From Octopus sinensis (taxonomy: Eukaryota), in NCBI RefSeq assembly GCF_006345805.1, contig NC_042999.1, forward strand, positions 153,078,001 through 153,142,000: a DNA stretch of 64,000 nucleotides, read 5' to 3'. Position numbers and translations under genes: made by a program. Shown here piece by piece: positions 1 to 12,264 of this stretch. Within the stretch, counting starts at the first letter, position 1. Each line of letters begins with the position of its first letter. The notes below the pieces were generated by a model that saw nothing but the letters and a program-made list of their open reading frames with translations, made no database searches and was not told where the DNA came from.

Positions 1-191
1 TATATAATAGATTATATATATATATCATATATATATACATATATATATATATATATTATATATATATATATACATATATACATATATATATATACATATA
101 TATTATATATATATATATATATATAACACACATATATATATATATATATACTATATATATAGATACACATATATTATATACAATATATAAC

Positions 192-241
<50 letters not shown>

Positions 242-261
242 TGATTCGTTAGCTACTGCAC

Positions 262-425
262 GCATTTTTTTTTCTCTCCTTCTTTCTATGTTTTTCTCTC
301 TCTGTGTATCTTTCTGTTGAGAGCGTAGGCTCGAAACGTTAAAGACTTGTTTTATTTATATTTCCTGAGCGCCATACTAATACAATTGTTCGTTTGTTTT
401 CCCCTTCCTTCGTCTTTTGTTTATT
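262..425 (+). mobile_element. Short non-autonomous Penelope-like element, HHR family B, copy 1
   Basis: Same sequence as 33998-34125 (+) and 60372-60488 (-): GAGCGTAGGCTCGAAACGT...TTCCTGAGCG...ATACTAATACA...GTCTTTTG. Follows an (AT)n tract. Confidence 0.7.
309..345 (+). ncRNA. Minimal type-I hammerhead ribozyme-like motif with A6U core variant
   Basis: TCTTT-CTGTTGA-GAGC(GTAG)GCTC-GAAACGT-T-AAAGA: 5-bp stem I, 4-bp stem II, loopless palindromic ACGT stem III. Confidence 0.65.
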
Positions 426-472
426 TCATAAAGCTTCCCGTTATATATATATATATATACATATAATATAAA

Positions 473-522
<50 letters not shown>

Positions 523-530
523 TATAATAA

Positions 531-561
<31 letters not shown>

Positions 562-565
562 CAGA

Positions 566-625
<60 letters not shown>

Positions 626-845
626 CTATATATATTATATATATATACATATACACATATCATATATATATATATGTATATAGATGGTGTCGGCTCTCCT
701 GTTACGTCTATAGTCGCCTGGGGCTAAATGCATCAGTAACACCCCCACCACCCCGCCCTGTCCCTAGCCACATTCAGATGGCTGGTCCCGCTTATATTAC
801 AGAGCAGTTACTGTTTTATAACCTCGCTTAGAGATTTATTATTGT

Positions 846-882
<37 letters not shown>

Positions 883-1284
883 TATATATATATGTACATA
901 CCTGATATGATGTGATGATTTGAACGAACTAAGTGATGCTTAAGCAGGAACATTCTGACGGGAGAGTTACGTCATAATCACACGCTACGTCATTGGCACA
1001 TAATCTGCAATTTATCATTCCAATATTAGAATACGTCAATTACCATAATTGAATGATGTAATAGGATTAAGCAACACAGCACACTCCATCTTGTAAGCAT
1101 TATATTCGGCGAAGAAACCTAAAGCAATCTTGTGAGGCAATTGAAGTCGATGGACACAGCAGAAAAAATGGCGCGAAGTGAATTAATTGATAATAAGCAA
1201 TAATATAATATATTAATAAATCAACAGCGATGTATTTGGGTGTTTACATGCTTGTATACTAATTAAGGATAATAGGAAATTTAT

Positions 1285-1375
<91 letters not shown>

Positions 1376-1432
1376 CTATCTATCTATCTATCTATCTAGC
1401 TATCTATCTATCTATCTATCTATCTATATATA

Positions 1433-1488
<56 letters not shown>

Positions 1489-1670
1489 CATACTATATGG
1501 GTGCGTTTGTATGCTCATATATATATATGTAATACTAGATATAAACACATGTATGTATACACACATACTCAGATACATACACATCCGATGTACATAGAAT
1601 ATATGTAACACACACACATATATGTAATATATACATATACATATAATATACATACACACATACACCACAC

Positions 1671-1708
<38 letters not shown>

Positions 1709-2140
1709 GGTTGTGGTTTGTTTGTTCCCAAGCAACACTTATTTTAGTGTTGTTGACCCCACCGGATTACATGGTACAGCCCAGGTGTTGAAACCATAAT
1801 GATATCCGTGTGGCAGCTGATAATGGAGGAATGCTGGATTGTTAGTATGGCTGTTTTGTATATGTCGAATAGTAGTATTATTGGATTGTTGGTATGGCTG
1901 TGGAGTAGTATTATAAAACATCTTTATATATATATATATATATATATACATGCATACATACATACATATACATACACACCTATGTAGCATATAAACTTCT
2001 CAGGATGAAGTTAAAAAGAAGGTACCATTCGCAAACTCTCTAATATACCATTCGAACCAATAGGAGAATAAAAGTACGCGCAGGCTAGGGATATGAAATT
2101 TCACCACTCGTCAGAAATGAGCAACATAAAAGGGTATGTG

Positions 2141-2207
<67 letters not shown>

Positions 2208-2229
2208 GTATATATATATCATATATATA

Positions 2230-2432
2230 GTAAAATAATCCAAACAAGACAACAAAAAGACAACAACGCGAGATGTGGAACAAATAAAGTATTATTGGAC
2301 GCCCAGGAAAGAAGGGAAGAAGGAGGGTTTAACGTTTCGAGAAGAGCTCTTCGTCGGAAACATAGGAGAAAGAAAGATCCCGAGGCGGGAGGACAGAGGG
2401 AAAAAAATTTGCAGGTAGTCTTCACGAGGTCA
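2230..2432 (-). mobile_element. ~200-bp HHR-bearing element, family A, copy 1
   Basis: Homologous to 39284-39489, 40247-40450 and 62362-62543. HHR motif at 2327-2361 reads GTTT-CCGACGA-A-GAGCTCTTCTC-GAAACGT-T-AAAC on the minus strand. Confidence 0.75.
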
Positions 2433-2940
2433 CTTACTCTCTCTAATATATGTATATGTGTGTATGTATATGTGTGTGTGTGTATGTGCGTGAGTGTTTG
2501 TATGTGTGTGTGTGTTTTTGTGTACATACATATAGAGACCTATACATCAATACTATCTTCTTACGTCCTAACGTTCAAGCCATGTGGCTGCAGTCATACT
2601 GGAGAACCGCTGTGAATTTGCGCCCTTTCTACAACCCCCTTATGGTGGGATTCTATATCGCCAGTCGTGCATGCGCTTTTTCATTTCAGTTTTTGCATCC
2701 TTCAGTGTATGAAGGAACGTCAAAAAGCTGCCCTCGTCTGCACTTGACGTGAACCCGCTCTATATCGTAGAAAGGAGACCGTCCAATTCTTTTTCAAGAT
2801 ACCCTTTCTCTTCTTCTTCTTCTTCTTCTTCTTCTTCTTCTTTTCTTCTTCTTCTTCTTCTTTCTTCTTCTTCTTGTCTTCTTCTCTTCTCCTCCTCCTC
2901 CCTTCTCCTCTCCCTCTCCTTCTATACTAGTAACATACAT

Positions 2941-3006
<66 letters not shown>

Positions 3007-3092
3007 GTGTGTGTGTAATATATAGTATGTATAAATACATGTACATTTATAAATGCTATATGCACACACAAGCGCTCGCGCAAGCACACACA

Positions 3093-3138
<46 letters not shown>

Positions 3139-6100
3139 TATGTGCACCCGCATTCAAACAAATATAAACAGAATTTCCACAAGGATTATTGGGAATAAAT
3201 TCTAAAAGCTATCTTCAAACAGAACTGGCTGAGAACCTCTCTTAGAGGACAATGACATAGAAATGAAGCAATGTCTGTTAATTATTCAAGCCATATGCAT
3301 GCAAGTTTCAGCAGTAGCGAAGGCCAACATTCACAGTTACATAATTCCCACAGAAAGAAATATTCTGAGAAGACAAAGGAAGAAAAGTTCCAAATGTTGA
3401 ATTCAACAAATCATAGAGCGCCGCAAAATCCCACTTGAAATAGACGCTCCTACAAATCTAGAATGTAATACGAGTCTCACATGAAAAGGGAAGGGAGCAG
3501 AAAGGGTAAGGGGGTTCGATAGAATCTATAGAAATTGTTGCTAAATTTTTCGATAAATTTGCAAAAGAACCAGCTTCAGTGAATTCCAAAGTAAAACCAT
3601 TGTCGGAAGGGAATAATTCACAGACTCCCTGACTGCTAAAATGGTATGGGAAATGTTAAATGAATGGACAAATAAACCAGAGAAGTTTTTATTTTCCCAA
3701 TGAGACCCATGTATAGGAATAAGTCAGAAAAGGTTTTCAGCTTTATAAATTTACATAGAGAAGTGCCAGCCAGCCATCGATTATATCTATAGCAGAAATA
3801 TTGGCAGAGTCCCAAACACCAACTCACTGCTTAGGAATTGAACTCCAATCACTGTTTTGAGATAGAAAAATAACTAAATACAAAAACAGGGCTTTGTCGG
3901 AGATTGTTGACATCAGCATATGACTAACCATTCAGTTCCCGGGTAGACATTAAGAACATATTTTTATCAATTGGACTGACCGACAAGAACTTAATAGGAT
4001 TAACTCGCTAGAATCCCAGTTGTTGTAAGCAATCCAGTCATTTTTGGATAAGTAATATATTAGAATGTCATTAACGATTTTGTCTTTGGTACCTTTTTTT
4101 TGATAAGACATAGGTTTATATGAATGGTTTGTATGGTAACTAGTCAGTGACCGTGACACCAAAAATCATTTTGCTGCATGATTTTTGGAACTTGGTTACG
4201 AAATTTGTCGATTTCAACAATCCACGGTCATAGCTGACACACACACGTCTCGCACAGACACTCACAAATTGGCTCACGTGATGTAAATATTTCTTTTCAG
4301 TCGTCATAGCCTGTCATTAAATATCCCTTTAAGAGAGAAATATTTAATAGAAGCTGCAAATAAAATTAGCAACTCAGCAACAGGCTGTGAATGGTTCCAA
4401 TAAAAGTACATAGGAAGTAAAATGTATATAAAAAGCTACAAGCAGGTAGCATCAGATCCGTTTTAAAAGCTTCCTTTCAAGTGAAAAGCTCTCCGAATCG
4501 TTAAGATAAGAAGGAAGACAAGCAGACGTTCAAAAGGCCTATGTTGAAACCAATGGTATAAATTATTTGATGAAAGTTGATCATCTTGTTGGAGGAAACT
4601 ACTCTGATGGCACTCAACACGGTTTCAGTTTGGCTGGAACCTGCGACTTGTCTCACGCGGCTTCTACAACCTTTTCATAGGGTATTGAAAGTTACTCAGC
4701 TGGCGAAATGTGGCTGTAGTCTATGTCGTCTTTACAAAAGCCATTGGTAATGTTGGTCATACAAATTTATGACAAACGATGTGATCTCAGAATAGTTATT
4801 GTTCTCTGTCTTTGAATGCATAACATTTAAAAGGCAGAGTACTGTTAGGTGCCATTACAGCTGATGGTGATTTTCAGTAGGTTCAAGGATTATGAGTGGA
4901 ACCTCTCAAACATCATTACACCGTCACTTTGGCTAAAATTATTAGCCCGAGGGGCCGCGCATTATAATGCATACGTTATAAAAACTCTCAAGTAAATGAA
5001 AACTATCAACTGAGAGCCCTGATGATGTCAAATTGTTTTGTATCTTTGGTTGAGGATATGTGGTTTTAACGTAGCAGGCATAAAGCAATGTACTCACTGA
5101 CGTAACTTCCGACTACCATCACGCGAGACTCCAATGCCTTCCTTGTCTCAACGAGACTCGTTACTTTTTACAAGAGTTCAACGAGTCCACATTTTAATCC
5201 CATAGGGGTGTTAATGTCTATAACCACAAGAAAATTATCAAAAAATAACTCAGAATTGAAGTAGTGAAGTCATGAAATTTAATAATGGACAATTTCAAAC
5301 ATTTTGCAATCAGCCATTTTAACACGCACCAACCAGGATACAGGAAAAGTTGTATTCATAGTGACATAAAAGTATTACCCGGGGATTAAAGTCTGTAATA
5401 ACGCTTGGTGTCATGCGCGTGTTTCTAAGTAAATAGCGAGTGCAAACGATTGTGAGCACGGATTCTGAGATTATTCAGGAAGATAAAGCAAACACCATCT
5501 CGATAAACAATAAACAATATACTAAGAAAGGTTGAAAGTTACATGACTACGCTTTGCAACAAAGAAGGGTAACTAACAGAGTGATATATGCATGCATACA
5601 TGCTCACATACACACAAACAAACACCACCCCAACACGTACATATATATACATGTTTAATGGTCGTGCATACTCAAACATGGATTAAGACCATCGCCATGG
5701 TAAATGTCTCAAGAATCTGTTTGTAGACAATGTCTGCGGAAGTCGCACCACTAGAATTTTGATGACGTCATCGGACAATAAGACAAGTGTTTATGCGTCG
5801 TTATGCCTCATCAGCTACAGACACTGAAGCCGTCGTTCATAGCCCGCCGTGGATGTAAACTTCACGACTCCAACTATTACACTACTCCGACAAGTACAAC
5901 AATCTCAATATATAAGGCAGTTACAACAAAGATCTGTTGCAATACACAGCACCATACAAGTGAAGACAACACAAAAAAACCTTACAAAAAACCCCCAAAG
6001 AACAGACGAGTAATGATAGACGCAATATTTAAAATAACTTATTGCAGTCACAAGCGTCCATGAATGAATCTAGATTCAAATTACAACGGTGATTTCTTCA

Positions 6101-6460
6101 AACATCACATTGGGCCATTCAATTCTAAAGAGACTTAAATAGACAACAACGTCACTTCATCTTGAAGCTGAGACCATGAATGTCTAAAAACGTTGATGAT
6201 GTACTTATCGATATCACTACACCATATAGACCACAATGAGTTTGTATAGGAACAAGAAAAAGGTTTGATAAAAAGTTATAGCTGGAACACAGTTGAACCT
6301 AAAGCTTCTTGATCTCTATACGTACATATGTTTATATTTGTGTGTGTTAAAGTGTCTGTGTAGGTGTGTGCGATTGTGGTTGTACATGCATAAATATAAC
6401 CACATATAGACATATGCCTATCGATGTATATATATATATAATATATATATATATATATTA

Positions 6461-6510
<50 letters not shown>

Positions 6511-6514
6511 ATAT

Positions 6515-6560
<46 letters not shown>

Positions 6561-6625
6561 TATATAGTATATATATATATTATATATATATATAATATAT
6601 ATTATATATATATATATATATAATT

Positions 6626-6846
6626 GTGGAGGCGCAATGGCCTAGTGGTTAGGGCAGCGGACTTGCGGTCGGAGGATCGCGGTTTCGATTCCCAGACCGG
6701 GCGTTGTGTGTGTTTATTGAGCGAAAAAAACACCTAAAAGCTCCACGAGGCTCCGGCAGGGGATGGTGGTGATCCCTGCTGTACTCTTTCACCACTCTAA
6801 AAGGCGGTGCTCCAGCATGGCCGCAGTCAAATGACTGAAACAAGTA
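6626..6846 (+). mobile_element. Chimeric SINE: SINE-C 5' part joined to SINE-A 3' terminus
   Basis: tRNA-like head with A box TGGCCTAGTGG and B box GGTTTCGATTCC. At ~6799 it switches to AAAGGCGGTGCTCCAGCATGGCCGCAGTCAAATGACTGAAACAAGT, the SINE-A tail. Confidence 0.75.
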
Positions 6847-6851
6847 CAAAA

Positions 6852-6884
<33 letters not shown>

Positions 6885-7000
6885 TACAGGCAAACATAAA
6901 TACATACATATACATATATATATATACTTATATAAATAAATATATATTAACAAGCACGAACACACAAACACTCATACATATACACACAAGCATACACATG

Positions 7001-7039
<39 letters not shown>

Positions 7040-7202
7040 AACATATATATCATATATATTTATATACATACGAATTGTCATATCTGTATACGAAATATGA
7101 ATGGCTGCCTCGTATATGTGTGTATTTGATTGTGCGTATGCATAGATGTATGCGAGATCGTATATATGAGCATTAATGTGAATAGGTGTAAAGCAAAAAT
7201 GA

Positions 7203-7248
<46 letters not shown>

Positions 7249-7420
7249 CACACAATAAAACAAGCAAAACAAAAAAAAAACGAAAAACAAACAAACCATT
7301 TATTACGTTTCTATGTTCGACACGTGTCCACATCTTGACAATGGAGGAACCATTTTTATATCCAGTTATTTCATTGATATCATTATAAAGAGTGAACTTC
7401 CGTCGTACAGCAACATAAAT

Positions 7421-7481
<61 letters not shown>

Positions 7482-8000
7482 CATATATATAAATACGTAT
7501 AAATATGTAAATATATTTATGTATAAATATATAAAACAATGAACTATAAACAAAGAAAAAGAACAACAACAACAACAACAACAGCAGCAATAAAACAAAG
7601 AAAAGCGAACACAAGTGTTACAAAGAAGAGAAAAAAATATGAGGGTGGCGGGGGTGAAGAGAGCAATAAAAAATGGGATGTGGAGGGCAGAGAAATATAT
7701 TTATTGTCAATGACAGGAAAATAACACAGGCACTCAATAATGAGACATTTTTTGCGGTGCTTGGAAAATTTTCACGAATTTCCTTCCCTCTTTTCTCTCT
7801 CTCTCTCTCTCTTTCTCTCTCTTTCTCTTTCTATCTGTTTATTCCCTCTTTGTGTCTTTTTTTCCCTCTACCGTACAGCTGTGTCTGTGTGTATGTGTAT
7901 GTTTCTGTGTGTATGTGTATGTCCATACAGACCCATATACGTCTTTATGGACGTATGTAGGCCTTTGTGGCTGTGTGCTTGAGTATTTGTGTTCGCCAGT

Positions 8001-8046
<46 letters not shown>

Positions 8047-8238
8047 GCACACACACATATATATGTATATACGCACATATATATATATGTGTATATACAT
8101 GCACATATAAACGTATAATTTTAACACTATCATTCACTAACTCTCTCTTCTCTTTCTCTCTTTCTGTTTCTATCTCTCTGTTTTCTTTCCCAGCCGTGCA
8201 CGCGCTTACAGAGGTTTTGTGTGTATGTATCTATATTT

Positions 8239-8545
8239 ATCACGTGATCACGTGACCGACCAGACCATCAAATGCTGTTACACATCGCTGGTCACAATGC
8301 GTTTGTATTGTTTTAGCCTTCGAATGACGCCACCCCGCTGGCTAAGTGAGCAGGCCAACAGACGAAAGAGTGAGAGAAAGAGTGGTGAAAGAGTACAGCA
8401 GGGATCACCACCTCCTGCCGGAGCCTCGTGGATCTTTTTAGGTGTTTTCGCTCAATAAACACACACAACGCCCGGTCTGGGAATCGAAACCGCGATCCTA
8501 CGACCGCGAGTCCGCTGCCCTAACCACTGGGTCATTGCGCCTCCA
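8239..8545 (-). mobile_element. Full-length tRNA-derived SINE-C with RTE-like 3' tail
   Basis: Same head as 6626. Ends ...TGTGACCAGCGATGTG...TGATGGTCTGGTCGGTCACGTGATCACGTGAT. Confidence 0.8.
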
Positions 8546-9245
8546 TCTATATTTATATTATAATTATATTTATATGCATCTATATTTATATGCATCTGTA
8601 TTTATATGCGAGCACTTGCGTGCATGAGCGTATGTGTTTGCGGGTGCATAAACACATACGTGTGTACGTTCAACATTATCATTCACGCACGCATTTTCGG
8701 ATTTGTTTTTTTTTTCAACGAAACCTTCAGAATGGTAAAGAGCATGAAAGAGCGCGTATGAGCAGGACCACCTTAGCAACATTACACACCCCTGAGCAGA
8801 GAAATACACTGGGCCCGCCACTATTTATACCCTGATCTATAACAGCTCCCCCCCCCGAGTCATATAGTCTCGTAGAGCCGGTTTCCTGGCTTCTCTGGTT
8901 CATATATTTCCTCCTTGGACGGGGCGCGATTTTTTTCCTACGAGAGTTCCGGATCCCAGTAATGAATTCATTTGCATACAGCCAATCAGAGCTCACTTTG
9001 AAAATTCGCATACTGTGTACTACTATAGTAGAGGTAGTCAGGCATAGAATGGTGTATGACACTCTGTGAGCACAGCGTAGCAGGTCTCACATAAGCCCCA
9101 CATCCCGCCTACCATCCTCATAGATCAATTGAGCACCGTCTCTGTATGGAACTAACATTAGGTACCTATGCTCAGACTGAGATTAGTAGTACTGCATGTA
9201 CCCATTGATATATGCTAGGAGGGCGCAATACGCCACAACGCCATA

Positions 9246-9486
9246 TTTATTTCTTTATTGCACACAGGGGGGGGGGGTTAAACGTAGAGGGGACAAACAA
9301 GGACAGACAAAGGGATTAAGTCGATTACATCGACCCCAGTGCATAACTGGTACTTAATTTATTGACCCCGAAAGGATGAAATGGAAAGTCGACCTCGGCG
9401 GAATTTGAACTCAGAACATAACGGCAGACGAAATACTGCTAAGCATTTCGCCCGCCGTCCTAACGTTTCTGCCAGCTCGCCCCCTT
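9246..9486 (-). mobile_element. tRNA-derived SINE-B
   Basis: Head GAGCTGGCAGAAACG, B box GAGTTCAAATTCC, central CTTTCATCCTTTCGGGGTC-ATAAAT, tail ...CAATAAAGAAATA. Multiple copies in window. Confidence 0.85.
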
Positions 9487-9500
9487 AGTGGCAGAGAAAT

Positions 9501-10000
9501 CACTTTAATCACTTTGACCGACCAGTCCGTCAGGCGTCCATTTGGCACCGCTGGTCACAGCACGCTGTCCACTCCTCTCTGGATCGCGCCTTTCTCATCC
9601 ACGTGATCCCAATCGTCCTCTTGAAATCGTCACTCCACCGTCGTGGAGGTCTTCCGGGTGGTCTTTTCCGCTCACGCGGGTACCACTCGACAACTGCGTG
9701 CGTCCACCGATTATCGGTGAGCCGGGCGACGTGTCCAGCCCATCTATACTTGCTGCGAGTATACTCTGCGATGACGTCTCTCACGCCGGACTTCTTTCTG
9801 ATGATCTTGCTATTTATGTGCTCTCTCAACGAGATACCAAGCATTGACCTTTCCATGGCTCTTTGAGCCGTTATCAGTCTTTGCTCTTCTCTCTTTGTGG
9901 TAGCCCATGTTTCACTACCATATAACATTGCAGGCAGAACTGCACTGTTAATGCAGAACTGCACAGTTAATGCAGTGCAGTGCAGTAACAGTGCATTAAC
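9501..10000 (-). mobile_element. 5'-truncated RTE-clade LINE with 14-bp target-site duplication
   Basis: Stop-free C-terminal ORF (9530 to ~9950): ...LYGSETW...AQRAMERSMLG...WAGHVAR...RPPGRPPRRWSD..., typical of the post-RT region of RTE. Tail (AAGTGATT)-like. TSD AGTGGCAGAGAAAT at 9487-9500 and 10001-10014. Confidence 0.9.
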
Positions 10001-10474
10001 AGTGGCAGAGAAATATTTTTAAAATGTTTGTTTTACTTTTTTTTCTCTGATTTTGATGCTGACTCAATTGTTGTTCATCAAATATGAGAAGAGTTGTTCT
10101 TTTTGAGCGCGTTGTGGCTGCTACAGTTGTTACTCTTGTTCAGGAAATACTAGTTGCTGTTGTTGTAGTTGTGTGAGAGAAACATGAAGCAGAATGTTTG
10201 TTTGTGTTTCTTATTCCTATGTTGTTATTGCTGACTCAGTTGCTGCTATTTATCAAATATTAAAATTGTTTTTGTTGTCGAGAGGTAGGGATGTTAAATT
10301 ATTGGTGCTGTTACAGTTACAAATGTTGTTGTGGTAGCTAGATAATAGCATTCTATATATTTTACTTAACGTGTATAGAAAACCAGAAAACCGCGGGGGT
10401 TGTCCCGAGAAAGCATTCTGCATGCATGTATCGTTGAGAGAGGAAAATTCTCCAACAGCAGTTTTGGAATTGCT

Positions 10475-10724
10475 AGATCCGAATTTCTGCGTCATTGCAT
10501 GTCATCAGTAACAAGTTTCCACTATCAACCGCTTGCTTAGATTAATTTCTCTTCTACTTATAGAGAAAAACAATGATTAACTGATCAATGATACAACAAA
10601 GATCCGAATTTCTGCGTCATTGCATGTTATCAGTAACAAGTTTCCACTATCAACTGTTTGCTTAGGTTAATTTCTCTTCTACTTATATAGAAAAACAATG
10701 ATTAACTGATCAATGATACAACAA
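10475..10724. repeat. Tandem duplication, 2 x 125 bp
   Basis: AGATCCGAATTTCTGCGTCATTGCATG... starts at 10475 and 10600, with about 5 mismatches. Confidence 0.9.
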
Positions 10725-12264
10725 ATAGATGGTGAGCAGGTAAGATTTACTGATTAACATTAGAATAATCTAGTGTTTATCTTTTTTGCTGCCATTGGTT
10801 TTAAATCTGTTGTTGTTGTTGGTGGTGGTGGTGGTGGTAGTAGCTGTCAAGAGCCAAAATTGCTGTTGTTTAATTTCAGGGAATTTTTAAAGAATAGGGA
10901 GCACGCTTGGTCATCGTCATCTGTAGTTGTAACCCAGATATGTGTCACTTCTTATTGTATCTCCTCAGCAAACCAAAGATGACTTACTGCAACCGTCGTT
11001 AGAAGGTCTAATTAATATGTAGGCTTCCGTACAGTTTCTGTCCAGCAAATTCACTCATAAAAAATTGGTCGGCCTGAAGCTAGAGTAGAAAACATTTGTG
11101 CAAAACGTCGCACTCTGAGACTGAATCCGCGTTCTTGCAAAGCGAACTTCTTAACCCCACAACCATGCCAGCCCCTAGTTTTTTTATGCTTTTTATAATT
11201 TTGATTTATATAAAAAGTATTCATTGATTAAACAAATTAGAGTTACGGTTTCTAACTAGGCCACAAGCTTAGAAAACTTTCGGAGAGATTGGTATGTTTT
11301 GTTGTCCCAAAATGGATGAAAGGCAAACTTGAGATCGAAGTGATTTGAAATCAGAGCGTTAAGATCTATAAAAAAAGTTGAGAAGCATTTTGTTCATCGC
11401 TTTAACTCTTCTACTATCTTCGCTCAGGGGTGCCATGTGCACGAAGTGCGTATAGCTAAGTGCAGGCTATTGTAAGAAGACAATAATCGCCACTCAATTG
11501 AAATTATAGACATAATGAGAAAAAGTCATTAGTGCTAATGAAAATTACTTTTTAAAGAGGCAAAGTAGAAAACTCGTGAAATTTCAATCAAACAAAAATT
11601 AAAAGAGTGATGTAGTGAGTAAGCCTAATATTTTCATTTTCATTAACGTTAATGACATTTTTTGTTATTACGGCTATTATTCCATTTAATTAAACTGTAT
11701 TTTCACTTCGATCACTTTTTGTATAATAGACTGAACTTAACTATGTATTTTTCATGCAGAAGACACCTCGGGGAATTTTCTGATATCTTAATATTAATTT
11801 GTCTAAAGAAATAAAGTATTTTACCATATATATATCTGTGTGTGTGTGCGCGTGTGTGTGTGTGTATGTCTGTGTGTGTGGATGTATGTATTTGTTATGT
11901 GTGTTTGTATGTATATATTCATATTTCAATTGCCGATGAAATAATAGATATTCATTATTGAAATATTAAAAAAAAATATTATTTATGGAAGCATATGTAC
12001 ACGAAATACTCAAATTTACATGTCAGTTGTTTTGAGATAATGGCAGTCTCACTGAAGAGGCCTCATTAGTTTGAAACATGCCTACTATTACCACTCAGCC
12101 ACTGAAGATCAGAGTCTTTTCCACATTACCGCATTTACATCAGCTTTTATTTTCTGCTTAATTGAAACTTTTGGATTTCCTGTCCAAACCCTTTTGAGAA
12201 TAATTCTTTTAAATGATATATTGACTCTTCGTATTATAATTCTATTTTCAGTTGATAAGAACAC

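Noticed and set aside
6626-6705. tRNA gene (also the SINE-A and SINE-B heads)
   Set aside because: A and B boxes are present, but the sequence continues into SINE bodies and no complete cloverleaf with acceptor stem is evident.
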